From the NCBI GenBank assembly GCA_964611115.1, contig CAZSWO010000001.1, forward strand, positions 20,309 to 84,308: a DNA stretch of 64,000 nucleotides, read 5' to 3'. Origin of the DNA: an uncultured Gammaproteobacteria bacterium (GTDB lineage Bacteria > Patescibacteriota > Patescibacteriia > Patescibacteriales > Patescibacteriaceae). Shown in pieces: positions 55,144 through 64,000 of this stretch. The notes under the pieces were generated by a model that was given only the letters and a program-made list of their open reading frames with translations, was not told the origin of the DNA and did not search any database. Each line of letters starts with the position of its first letter. Within the stretch, counting starts at the first letter, position 1. The translations under genes and the position numbers were made by a program.

Positions 55144-56463
55144 TTACTCAATCTGAAAGCCTATGTTGTATTTTAGATTGGAATCAAGACCGATCACCTT
55201 AATATCCGTACGACGAGCACTGACATTCGGGACTGTAATTACTTTGCTAAAACGACCATCAAGGCCGGCATCAGCGTCAAAGACAGTTTCGGCAAATTCA
55301 ATACGCAAGCTTTCGTTGCGACCGAAGCCTCCTCCGCTCAAAAGAATCTGAGAGTTGGCCGGCGCACGATTCTTATCAACATTCAAGAAAAGAGTTTCAA
55401 CAATTTCAGGAAATGAATCTTCCTCAGTCGAAGGGATAAAGGCGATATTAAAATCGCCGCTCGGCACGGTCTTTAAGTTGCTATCAAGAACCAAGATGTT
55501 TGAGTTATTGAATACAATAACTTTCTCACCCTCAGAAGTTTTAACTACTTTTAATCCCATAGCCCAACCGCCGAAATTGGCAACTGAACTCGTATAGATG
55601 TAGCTAACAACTGATAAGTCATCCTTGCGAAGTTTAACGATACCGATACCGTTCGAGAAATAAATATATCGTGCGTCATTAGACGGAGTAATATCATAAC
55701 CAAAAGGACCGGTGTACTTAAAGCTCTTTTCAATTTCACCGTTAAGGTTAAACTTCTTTACCGCAGAATCGTCAGCAATATAAATTGCATTATCTACCTT
55801 GTCGTTGTAAATCTGATGACGGTAGCTGCGATTTTCCCACTGCTTAGTAATATCAAATTGCTTTACAACTTTGCGAGATTCCTTATCAAAGATAGAAACC
55901 TTACCGCTGGCGATATTAAAGATGAATTTATCGCTTTGGGCAGAAGTAATATTGTATTGGTATTCCGGATTCTTAACATCAAAGGAATCGATGATCTGTA
56001 AATTGTTATTCCAAATCTTTACTCCCTTATAACCGATGGTGGCAACATTGCCGGAAATATCGTCGAGTTCAGCAAACCAATCCCATGAGTTATCTTTAGC
56101 TTGAGTAACCAAAGAAGCTTTGTTCAAGTCGCTAGCATCATACTTATAGATTGAACGCGGCTCAACAGCGTATACATAGAGCTTCGATCCTTCAACCTTA
56201 AACATCATGTCGGTAAAATCAACCTGAGTTCCGAAACGAGGATCAACAGTACGGAAATTCGCAAACTTAATAAGCTTGTTATCACCGTCCATCTTATATA
56301 ACTCAAGCGCGCCGGTGCTAGCCGTACCGACAATCAATTGACCTTTATAAGAAATGGCATCACCGCCGTAGTAAGATTTCAACTTACTTTCGGCACCGGG
56401 AACCGGCATAAGCGTACCGATGAAAAAGACGGCCGCCACAATAGAAAATAGAACTTTCTTCAT
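55144..56463 (-). CDS. Secreted beta-propeller-like protein with a C-terminal Ig-like domain
   Basis: Signal peptide, repeated short beta strands, C-terminal GGGFG.NE...F...I.VP motif; TTGACT-17-TAAGGT upstream. Confidence 0.55.
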   Translation of the reverse strand: MKKVLFSIVAAVFFIGTLMPVPGAESKLKSYYGGDAISYKGQLIVGTASTGALELYKMDGDNKLIKFANFRTVDPRFGTQVDFTDMMFKVEGSKLYVYAVEPRSIYKYDASDLNKASLVTQAKDNSWDWFAELDDISGNVATIGYKGVKIWNNNLQIIDSFDVKNPEYQYNITSAQSDKFIFNIASGKVSIFDKESRKVVKQFDITKQWENRSYRHQIYNDKVDNAIYIADDSAVKKFNLNGEIEKSFKYTGPFGYDITPSNDARYIYFSNGIGIVKLRKDDLSVVSYIYTSSVANFGGWAMGLKVVKTSEGEKVIVFNNSNILVLDSNLKTVPSGDFNIAFIPSTEEDSFPEIVETLFLNVDKNRAPANSQILLSGGGFGRNESLRIEFAETVFDADAGLDGRFSKVITVPNVSARRTDIKVIGLDSNLKYNIGFQIE

Positions 56464-56528
56464 ATAGTTTTGTTAGATATAACGATTATTTTATATATAA
56501 GTTAATGACTTACCTTACCATAATACAT

Positions 56529-56559
56529 AAAAAAAGTCAAGGCTTTGTAGGCCCTGACC
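56529..56559 (-). terminator. Terminator whose 3' arm doubles as the next -35 box
   Basis: GGTCAGGGC...GCCTTGACT followed by TTTTTT. Confidence 0.6.
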
Positions 56560-56583
56560 TTTTTGGATGTAAATTTTAATACT

Positions 56584-58305
56584 CTAATCAAGCGCTTCTA
56601 CGACTCCTTTTCCGGCAGCTTTTCGGTCACTTTCTATATTTGTTGTAATATTAGCCAATTTTTTAACAATATCAGCGCCTGTGTATAAGTCACTGCCTCT
56701 AAAACCTATATTTGTAAGCAAATCTGGAGTCTTGCCGACGTCTTCGGTTCTTGGGACTATGCTAACGGCAAAACTAGCTCGATAGTTGCCTCCGGTTTGC
56801 GATAGCGCGTCTACTTTCCAAAGAATTCGACGACCAACGGGAGAATAACTGAGGCTACCGGCAACCAGACTTTGCTGATCAAGCCAGACAACGTTAGCCG
56901 GCAAATCAGCACTCACTTCAAAATTAGCAATGTCATTACCTAAATTGTTTGCTTCCCATATAATCCAATACGTTGTAGGAATATCAACCTGCGGCGGAAT
57001 TGGTCCGATACCGAGCTGATCGCCTTGCGGTCCGTAATAATAACCACCTGAATTAACACTTAAGTTTGAATTTATTTTTAAACGAGGCACAGCCACAGAA
57101 TATCTAAAGTCTTGCCCATTCATTTGATAAGAAACAATAATCGAAGGACTTAGGTAATCATTAAGTGAATTTCCTTTACGATCAAAGGAAACCGTTACCG
57201 ATGCATTTTCCCCCGCTCCGGGAGCTAGCTCAGAAGAATAAGCAATCGAATTGTTTACCGCAACAAAAGAACTATCATTGACTGATACCTTTGAGACAGC
57301 CATTGTATCTCGCTTATTCTCAAAAGAGAATGACAACTTTGACAAAGCGTACTCACCATTATTCTTAAATGACAAACCTAAGACGGTATCTTTGCCTTCG
57401 TACGCAATTTGCTCAAAACTCGTTGATAGTTCAAGAACAGGTTCGCCTACACTGACCTTCTTAGTTATCGTAACTTGCGAAACAAGCGTCTCATCAATCA
57501 TAAGTCCGCCTTCAACAACGAAGTCTTTCTCGCCAACTTCGCCGAGGGGCGTCGCTTCAAAAGGGATCTTTCGTACTTCTCCGGGATCTAGTTTTGATAA
57601 TTTTGCTACACCATTACCAAAAGCCGCTTCGTTGGGAGCAATTTCCCAATCAGTCTTTGGCAATACAAGAGCGGCATTTTCAATAACGGCGTCGCCCGCG
57701 TTTTTTACCTCAACCGTTCCGTTAAAAGCGACGCCCGCGTAACTCGCCTCCGGAATCTCAAGTGCTAACTCAAGAGCCGAACTATCTATATGATAGACTA
57801 TTGAACTGAGCAATTGCTTCTTTAAATGTCCTCTTTGGTAGGTTAAGTTCAAGCCTATAAACTGACGCTCTCCAATCTCGCCTTGAATTATGCCCTTCAA
57901 CCGCAATTCGCCTTTATCGCCCGCTTCCATATCTCCCAAGTTAAAGGTATTGGAATTTGTATCAAACTTCAGGCTCGGATCGACAGAGGTAATGGCAAAG
58001 CCCTTTGGTAGATCTAATTTCAAAACAGCACCTTGAATCGGATAGCCCTCGTCATTCTTATAATTGATAATAAATTCATCACTGTTTCCGCTTAAAACGC
58101 GAGCCGAAGCGAGGCGGGCTTCAAGCATAAAGTCGGGTCGCGGTTGCCAAATAAGTAACCAGGCCAAGGTTGAGATAAGTGCGACAAGAACTCCGGCTAA
58201 GAGCATATCAGCCCAAAAATGGAAATAACTGTCTTTATAGTGACGGTCATGACGCGCCTTATAAAACCTTATTACCGGATGTTCTTTTTTCATTTTTTGA
58301 GGCAT
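56584..58305 (-). CDS. Membrane-anchored multi-Ig-like (DUF11-like) surface protein, paralog of 3899-5764
   Basis: One TM helix, beta repeats, GIGPIPP..TTY.I.W motif; start likely MPQK (58305). Confidence 0.65.
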   Translation of the reverse strand: MPQKMKKEHPVIRFYKARHDRHYKDSYFHFWADMLLAGVLVALISTLAWLLIWQPRPDFMLEARLASARVLSGNSDEFIINYKNDEGYPIQGAVLKLDLPKGFAITSVDPSLKFDTNSNTFNLGDMEAGDKGELRLKGIIQGEIGERQFIGLNLTYQRGHLKKQLLSSIVYHIDSSALELALEIPEASYAGVAFNGTVEVKNAGDAVIENAALVLPKTDWEIAPNEAAFGNGVAKLSKLDPGEVRKIPFEATPLGEVGEKDFVVEGGLMIDETLVSQVTITKKVSVGEPVLELSTSFEQIAYEGKDTVLGLSFKNNGEYALSKLSFSFENKRDTMAVSKVSVNDSSFVAVNNSIAYSSELAPGAGENASVTVSFDRKGNSLNDYLSPSIIVSYQMNGQDFRYSVAVPRLKINSNLSVNSGGYYYGPQGDQLGIGPIPPQVDIPTTYWIIWEANNLGNDIANFEVSADLPANVVWLDQQSLVAGSLSYSPVGRRILWKVDALSQTGGNYRASFAVSIVPRTEDVGKTPDLLTNIGFRGSDLYTGADIVKKLANITTNIESDRKAAGKGVVEALD

Positions 58306-58339
58306 ATGGTTCTTTATAGTGTAGCAAATCTTAGTAAGC

Positions 58340-60328
58340 TTAGAAACTATTAGTTCCGGCAAGAATTTCATTATTTCCGTCTCCATCAGTATCAGCGATC
58401 ATTACAGATACGCCGGTTCCCGACTTTTGATCATAGGCCATAAACTGACCGCGTAGACGTCCGGCATAATCAAAAATTCGAACATGCGGGCCGCCGCTGG
58501 CGGCGCCGGTCACAAGATCATTTTTTCCGTCATTATCAGCGTCGCCGACAGCCAGCGTCGTACCGCCGCGGAAATTTTTATCATAGGCTGTAAAAGATCC
58601 AACTGCCTTTCCCTTGTCCGTATACAATTTAACGGTCGAGGGCAGGCCCTTGCCGGGCGCGACTACAATTTCTCCAACACCGTCATTATTAACATCGCCG
58701 GCCGCAAGATAAACTCCACCTCGGAAATTTTTATCAAAGGGAAAGAATCCGGGGTTAAGCATTTTACCGGACGCAGAATATATTTTCACGTGCGGGCCGC
58801 CGCCGGACAAAGGCGCGACAACAATTTCCGTATTTCCATCTTTATTAAAATCATAGGCTGCAAAAGAAAGTCGTCCCTTAAAATTAGCGCCGTACGGAAC
58901 AATTCGAATCTGCCCCTTTCCGGCTCGAGCAACAACCAACTGACCATTTTGTTCGCTGATACGATCGCGTTGACCGTCACCATCAAGATCTCCTAAATAT
59001 ACAAAAGCATTCGGTTGCGTATCGGCTCGATACGCGAAAAATCCATTACGAAGCTGTTGGGCCCGCGAATTAAAAATACGGATAAAATTGCCGTTCGGGA
59101 AAACCGCATTGTTTATATCTTGCTTAATCTTACGCATAACAATACCGTCATTAACTCCTAAACGTACGTAATTTACTTTTGATCCGTCATTAAAATTGCG
59201 ATCCTGTGTTCCTTTGATTTTTTCAAATTGTTCGCGCGGAAAAATATAAAGCTGATCTTTGCCCGTTGCATTAACAATCGCTACTCCGTTCTCAAAATCT
59301 CGGCGCCACAAACCCGGTTCAACGTAGTCACTATTATTTTTTAAAAGATTATAATAGGAAGACTCTGCCCGACCGAGCACAAGGTCATATTCGTCGTACC
59401 ACCACAATTGAGCGTGAGTACTATTTCCGTTATCAAAGGAAAAATAACCGTCGCCCATTAATGCACTGGTCAATCCATAACGCATTTGACGATGATCGCC
59501 GGCGACACCGGAACGAGAAGTTCCATTAACAATATAAACATTGGGCGTTTTATTCTTCGTTGGCAAACGTTTCAAGTACTGATACATACTCGCCTGCCAA
59601 CTGCCGTTGCCTTCCCAAGGAGTTGGAAAACGCTCAAAAATTCTTCCATTCGTATTAGGTTGATAGGCGTCAATCGAGCTTCCATTGGTAACTATGATCT
59701 TATTTCCAAGCATCGACTTGGTCTGTGCGAACAAGGCCGCCATCCCCTCTCGCCATTTTTGATTAACCGTCGCAGTTGAATCAACCGTTCCGTTTGAATC
59801 AATATCAATACCACTACGACTATAATGCCCAATTTCCGCATCAACAACGTCGAACATTACACCGTCCCAAAGCGAAAGATTAATGCTGTCCCTTAGGTAA
59901 CTAACATAAAAATTTCTCCAATCGCGATTTGTAACATTGATTGTACTAATCTCGGACCACGGTTGTATTTTATTTCCGTTTCCGTCTCGGAGCCACCAAT
60001 TTCCTCGATTAACAGCGTCATATACTATTTTACGCAATTCCAAGCCGCCAAAACCGTTACGCTCTTCGTGAATCAAAGAAGAATAAATATATGGTAATAA
60101 AATTCCATCGGGTTTTCTCGAACGATAGTAATCGAAGAAGCCCGGGTTATAGGCAATCATATCGGCTTGGATAATCAACAGATCCCATTTTGCAAGTTGT
60201 TCGTAATCAGCTTGTCTAAAAAATGGCAGATAATAATTCGCCAATTTCGGATACGTGTCTTTAGCCGCAACAAAGCTCGGCAGAAAACCGACAATAATTA
60301 AAAGCAATAAGCTAAGCCTTTGTAACAT
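58340..60328 (-). CDS. Secreted putative glycoside hydrolase (TIM barrel, GHL15-like) with FG-GAP-like repeats
   Basis: Signal peptide; WDLLII, WDGVMFD, NG..FE, WWYDEY; about 5 GD...DG..EI repeats. Confidence 0.7.
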   Translation of the reverse strand: MLQRLSLLLLIIVGFLPSFVAAKDTYPKLANYYLPFFRQADYEQLAKWDLLIIQADMIAYNPGFFDYYRSRKPDGILLPYIYSSLIHEERNGFGGLELRKIVYDAVNRGNWWLRDGNGNKIQPWSEISTINVTNRDWRNFYVSYLRDSINLSLWDGVMFDVVDAEIGHYSRSGIDIDSNGTVDSTATVNQKWREGMAALFAQTKSMLGNKIIVTNGSSIDAYQPNTNGRIFERFPTPWEGNGSWQASMYQYLKRLPTKNKTPNVYIVNGTSRSGVAGDHRQMRYGLTSALMGDGYFSFDNGNSTHAQLWWYDEYDLVLGRAESSYYNLLKNNSDYVEPGLWRRDFENGVAIVNATGKDQLYIFPREQFEKIKGTQDRNFNDGSKVNYVRLGVNDGIVMRKIKQDINNAVFPNGNFIRIFNSRAQQLRNGFFAYRADTQPNAFVYLGDLDGDGQRDRISEQNGQLVVARAGKGQIRIVPYGANFKGRLSFAAYDFNKDGNTEIVVAPLSGGGPHVKIYSASGKMLNPGFFPFDKNFRGGVYLAAGDVNNDGVGEIVVAPGKGLPSTVKLYTDKGKAVGSFTAYDKNFRGGTTLAVGDADNDGKNDLVTGAASGGPHVRIFDYAGRLRGQFMAYDQKSGTGVSVMIADTDGDGNNEILAGTNSF

Positions 60329-61535
60329 AAGTATTATAAACCGACATTATATCTTTGTAATGATTTTCAATTGTTAAATGTGAAACCGATTTTCGTGCCT
60401 GCCGCCCCATTGATTCAATATCGAACGATGAAAGTTTTTCAAATATTGTCGATAAAGCAGCGCTATCACCCATCGTAAACAAAAACCCGTTTGAGCCGTC
60501 TTTCACTAACTCGGGCAATCCTCCGATACGGGAAGCGATAACTATTTTACCAAGCGCCAAAGCCTCTAGCATTGAGAACGGCATATTCTCGTACCAAACT
60601 GAAGGAATAACTACCGCCTTGGCACCGGCAATCAAATTTTCCAAGTCCGTTCCCGATTTGTGGCCAGTTAATTCAACTCGCTGCTCCAGTTTCAATTTTT
60701 TTATAAGCATCCGACAGACAACCTCTTCGGAACCTTCACCGGCGATTTTAAGCTTTAATGATCCGGTTGATTGTGCAATCGCATTTATTGCAACATCAAT
60801 TCCCTTTTCCGCCGATAAACGACCGAGATACAACACATAATCGTCTAAGGTTTTATTGGCAAGCGGAACAACGTCATCAACAAAATTATAGATGACTTTG
60901 ATTTTAGCTTCGGGAACGCCGTGCCGAACGCAAACATCTTTCATAAATTGACTCGGCGCAATATATAAATCAATGTTCTTTTCATAAATTTTCAAAATAT
61001 TGTGATGTAAATACATTTCGATTGTTACCACTAAGCTTTTTACATAGGAATTCTGAAAACATTTTTTTAAAAAACAACGATAGTAATTCGGCGCCGCGCA
61101 ATCTTCGCAGATCCGAGAACCGCAGAGCATCTGATAATTTGGACAAATTAATTTATAATCATGCAAATGCATAACAACCGGAATGCCGTATTTTCTTGCT
61201 ACTGGTAAAATTGAGGGTGAGATTTGATGATAAAGATTATGAACATGGACAATATCCGGTTTAAAATCTTTAAGAAGTTTTTCAAATTTTCGCTTAGCTT
61301 CAAAGCTGTACCAAATCCTAAAGGGGGCTAAGAGTTTATCGCGTAAACCGCCTTCATTAAAACTAATACGCGAAACAAAATATTTTGACCATTTCGATGG
61401 TAGATTTTTCGGATGATGCATTGAGAAAACGGCAACCTCATTCCCCTCTTCTTCCAATTTTTTAGAAAGTTTCAAGAAATAGTTATATGCGCCGCCGCGC
61501 ATGTAATTAAATTCACTGACCTGAAGTATTTTCAT
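60312..61535 (-). CDS. Glycosyltransferase family 4
   Basis: RGGA, HVHNLYHQISPS, LGRLSAEKG, PSVWYENMPFSMLEA. Confidence 0.95.
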   Translation of the reverse strand: MKILQVSEFNYMRGGAYNYFLKLSKKLEEEGNEVAVFSMHHPKNLPSKWSKYFVSRISFNEGGLRDKLLAPFRIWYSFEAKRKFEKLLKDFKPDIVHVHNLYHQISPSILPVARKYGIPVVMHLHDYKLICPNYQMLCGSRICEDCAAPNYYRCFLKKCFQNSYVKSLVVTIEMYLHHNILKIYEKNIDLYIAPSQFMKDVCVRHGVPEAKIKVIYNFVDDVVPLANKTLDDYVLYLGRLSAEKGIDVAINAIAQSTGSLKLKIAGEGSEEVVCRMLIKKLKLEQRVELTGHKSGTDLENLIAGAKAVVIPSVWYENMPFSMLEALALGKIVIASRIGGLPELVKDGSNGFLFTMGDSAALSTIFEKLSSFDIESMGRQARKSVSHLTIENHYKDIMSVYNTYVTKA

Positions 61536-61536
61536 G

Positions 61537-62379
61537 TTATTTTCCTAGCAATTTAAAGGCTGAAATTTTTAAACTATATAACAGACTGACAAAAGCGCTC
61601 AAGCCCTTCTTTGATGGCAGATGTTTTTTGAACCAATGACCCATATTGTTTTTCTCCATAATCATTTTTTTCGATGAGCGATGGCCGCCGGAAGAAAGCC
61701 CGTGATAATGGACGGTCGAAACAAGCGGATTATATATAATACCAAAGCCCGCCTGTCGCGCTCGAGCGCAATAATCAATATCTTCAACGCCAAAGAAAAA
61801 TACCTCATCAAGCAAGCCGATTTTTTCAATAAGTTCTTTTTTAATAAGCATACAACCGCCACTTACCCAGTCGACTCGCTGCGGTTCTTTAAAAAAGTTA
61901 AGATTAAAAATCGTTTTATAAATCAAAGTTCCGAGAGGAAAATATTTTCCCAGGGTCGAGAATCTAAAAAATTCTTTTATAAATGTCGGTTCGTAACCGG
62001 CACTCGGTTGAAAACTTTGATTAGGATATACAAAACAAGGCCCGCTAATCCCAATATTTTTATCTGTCTCAAAATTTTCTAGTAAACCACTGATACATCC
62101 ATCGCCAATAAACATATCCGAATTAAGCAATAATACATACTCGGAATTCGACAATTTTATTCCTTGATTAACCGCAGCGGCAAACCCCTTATTTTCATTG
62201 TTATGAATAAGAGTGACTCGAGTATCTTCGCTCGGCCAACTGATTAATTCCCGTGAAGCATTATCAATCAATATAACTTTGATATCAAGCTTAGGTTCAG
62301 CGGCAAACAAACGTTCGACCGCTCGAAGCGTTGTTTCTTTCGTATTGTAGTTGATAACAATAGCGGTTATTGAGGTCAT
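61537..62379 (-). CDS. GT2 glycosyltransferase (rhamnosyltransferase-like)
   Basis: IVINYN, IDNAS, NKGFAAAVN, LLNSD, WVSGGCMLI, EDID. Confidence 0.93.
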   Translation of the reverse strand: MTSITAIVINYNTKETTLRAVERLFAAEPKLDIKVILIDNASRELISWPSEDTRVTLIHNNENKGFAAAVNQGIKLSNSEYVLLLNSDMFIGDGCISGLLENFETDKNIGISGPCFVYPNQSFQPSAGYEPTFIKEFFRFSTLGKYFPLGTLIYKTIFNLNFFKEPQRVDWVSGGCMLIKKELIEKIGLLDEVFFFGVEDIDYCARARQAGFGIIYNPLVSTVHYHGLSSGGHRSSKKMIMEKNNMGHWFKKHLPSKKGLSAFVSLLYSLKISAFKLLGK

Positions 62380-62380
62380 A

Positions 62381-63724
62381 TTATTTTTCTTCGCCGCTAG
62401 TTAGTGATTTAAGATTCGGCAATAATCCAACAATCATCCAAAAGGCTACAGCGTAGAATAAGGTAAAAATAGTAACTTCAAAAAGTCCGTTAACCAAGGC
62501 GGCTATCAAACTTCCTACAAAACCATGGATAATAATTTGTTCTTGACCGAAAGTAGATGTTACAACCTTTCGAATCTGTTTATAAACCGCGCTGACTAAG
62601 AAGATTATTACCGTTAAACCAATGACTCCGTAATCAACCGCAGCTTGAACGAAATAATTATTGATTAATTGTTTATAATCGGGCTGAATGAGGCGCTGAT
62701 AGTAGATAAGCTGCTGACCCGATCCAACGCCAAGAATCGGATGTTCTTTAAATATTCGCCAACATACTTCATATTCCTGAATTCGAAAACGCGTATTCTT
62801 ATCAACAAAGGTATCGCCGATACGCGAAGCCAAACCTTCGGCATATTGAGAAAAAATCGTATAACCGAGAATTCCGAAGACTAGGACGAATAGAACAAAG
62901 CCGATGCGCTTTTTCTTTAGGCGTGCTAATAAATAGGCCAAACCCAGGAGCAGACTGACGATCGCCGCCTTACCCAACATAATAAATACTGCGATAAAGC
63001 CAAGCCCGAATGCAATCAAATAAATTATTCTTGACTTATCGTTTTTATCCGCTTGAAAATACAGACTTAGAATCAGAGGTAAGAGTAATGACAATACGGC
63101 CGCAACAAGCGCAATCGGTCCAAAGGGAATCATTATATAACTTCGATTGAAGAAAATGTCAGAAGAAAAACCAAGTGAATAAAAGGTCCAAAAAATCTGA
63201 ACGCTTAGTGCAATAGCAAAAATTGCCAGTGTCATCATAAACGCTGTTAATTTTGCCTTGGTTGTTAAAAGGTTCCGAGACAAGAAATACGCAACGAAAC
63301 CGAAGAATAGCACCTTCATTCCGGCGACATAGAGCTGGATATCAGAGATATACCAGAACGACGCCGCTGCAATCGCGGCATAAATTAAGAGCAGACGCCC
63401 AATAATACCGAGTTTAACCTTAACTTTCGGATAATGAAAGATGAAATCAATAATAAAGAATACAAGTGCCAAGGCCAGTAGCAGTTCGCCAAGACTTACT
63501 TCATAGGTCCAATTCGGACGGATTTCAAAGCTAATAAATTGACCGAATAGTAATCCGATTGGCGCAAAAATTAAAAAAATCCAAGCTTGGCGCTTGAATA
63601 TAAGATATAAAAGTATAATGGCGGCATAACCAAAAACAGCGTATGGGCTGATAAGTGAGAAGGCTGACAATAGTAAGAGAATAATTGCCGTTGCAAACAA
63701 TAAGATAAAGCCAAAACGGTTCAT
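62381..63724 (-). CDS. O-antigen ligase/polymerase-like (Wzy_C) membrane protein
   Basis: About 12 TM segments; R...YE....IF..HPILGVG.G and N.F.Q...D.G..G motifs. Confidence 0.8.
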   Translation of the reverse strand: MNRFGFILLFATAIILLLLSAFSLISPYAVFGYAAIILLYLIFKRQAWIFLIFAPIGLLFGQFISFEIRPNWTYEVSLGELLLALALVFFIIDFIFHYPKVKVKLGIIGRLLLIYAAIAAASFWYISDIQLYVAGMKVLFFGFVAYFLSRNLLTTKAKLTAFMMTLAIFAIALSVQIFWTFYSLGFSSDIFFNRSYIMIPFGPIALVAAVLSLLLPLILSLYFQADKNDKSRIIYLIAFGLGFIAVFIMLGKAAIVSLLLGLAYLLARLKKKRIGFVLFVLVFGILGYTIFSQYAEGLASRIGDTFVDKNTRFRIQEYEVCWRIFKEHPILGVGSGQQLIYYQRLIQPDYKQLINNYFVQAAVDYGVIGLTVIIFLVSAVYKQIRKVVTSTFGQEQIIIHGFVGSLIAALVNGLFEVTIFTLFYAVAFWMIVGLLPNLKSLTSGEEK

Positions 63725-63748
63725 AGAATATTGATATCAATTGTCCCT

Positions 63749-63777
63749 ACATTAACACATTTATTAGCTAATGTCAA
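63749..63777 (-). promoter_or_regulatory. Sigma70-type promoter
   Basis: TTGACA-17-TAATGT with a TG extension. Confidence 0.7.
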
Positions 63778-63780
63778 AGA

Positions 63781-63821
63781 AAAAATAAAAAAAATAGGCG
63801 CTCAGTTTTTACTGAACGCCT
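63781..63821 (-). terminator. Probable terminator
   Basis: AGGCG.TCAGT...ACTGA.CGCCT stem followed by an A/T run. Confidence 0.55.
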
Positions 63822-63851
63822 GTAATCAAATCTTATGATCTGAATCGCTGC

Positions 63852-63998
63852 TTATCCTTTTATAGGAAATAATGGATTATCAAATGCAACCCGGTGTTTA
63901 TCGCTGGTATGATTTATATAAGCCCATGATGGCATTTGTCCATCCGGGGTTACGAAAGTTTCGATATTAAAGTACCGAACGCTTTCTTTATCAACGTA
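63852..63998 (-). CDS. 3' end of a hypothetical gene (truncated by the window edge)
   Basis: Open frame YVDKESVRYF...FDNPLFPIKG to TAA at 63852. Confidence 0.5.
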   Translation of the reverse strand, partial: YVDKESVRYFNIETFVTPDGQMPSWAYINHTSDKHRVAFDNPLFPIKG

Positions 63999-64000
63999 CT

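Noticed and set aside
1-64000. CRISPR array, rRNA, DDE/IS transposase, alternative genetic code
   Set aside because: None seen; conserved genes translate fully under the standard code with no need for TGA readthrough

Overview
A 64-kb window from a small-genome bacterium with the gene style of Patescibacteria/CPR, most like Parcubacteria/Falkowbacteria (inferred from gene content: DUF4012, FG-GAP-tailed hydrolases, truncated TsaB, split dcw cluster, mostly SD-less core genes). It uses the standard code, at roughly mid GC with AT-richer inserts. Core genes are alaS (partial, missed by the ORF track), tgt, mreB, murB/C/G/F, ftsI-ftsL-rsmH-mraZ, clpB (with a CIRCE operator), def-fmt, tsaB, tRNA-Glu(CTC) and a MacAB-type ABC exporter. 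Two large surface-glycosylation loci lie at about 3.9-24 kb and 54-64 kb (GT4, GT2, GT-C, UDP-xylose-synthase-like, WaaL-like, DUF4012, Ig-like surface proteins). The accessory layer is the most interesting part: (i) a DUF559 endonuclease gene bracketed by near-identical 47/49-bp palindromic inverted repeats, plus a related solo palindrome that supplies the 3' end of murC; (ii) a promoter-defined structured RNA, a 58-aa ORF, a second structured RNA and a terminator beside alaS, followed by a pseudokinase-like gene; (iii) a GT4-TM-subtilase-FG-GAP fusion and a TagA/WecG-NUDIX fusion; (iv) a Tgt lacking all four zinc ligands; (v) several self-contained ORFan cassettes (promoter, SD, ORF, terminator), one encoding a Bacteroidota-style lipoprotein; (vi) an MBL-fold nuclease-like gene starting 3 nt after a CCA-less tRNA. 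No CRISPR array, rRNA, integrase or DDE transposase was seen. All family assignments are from motif recognition by eye; no searches were run.
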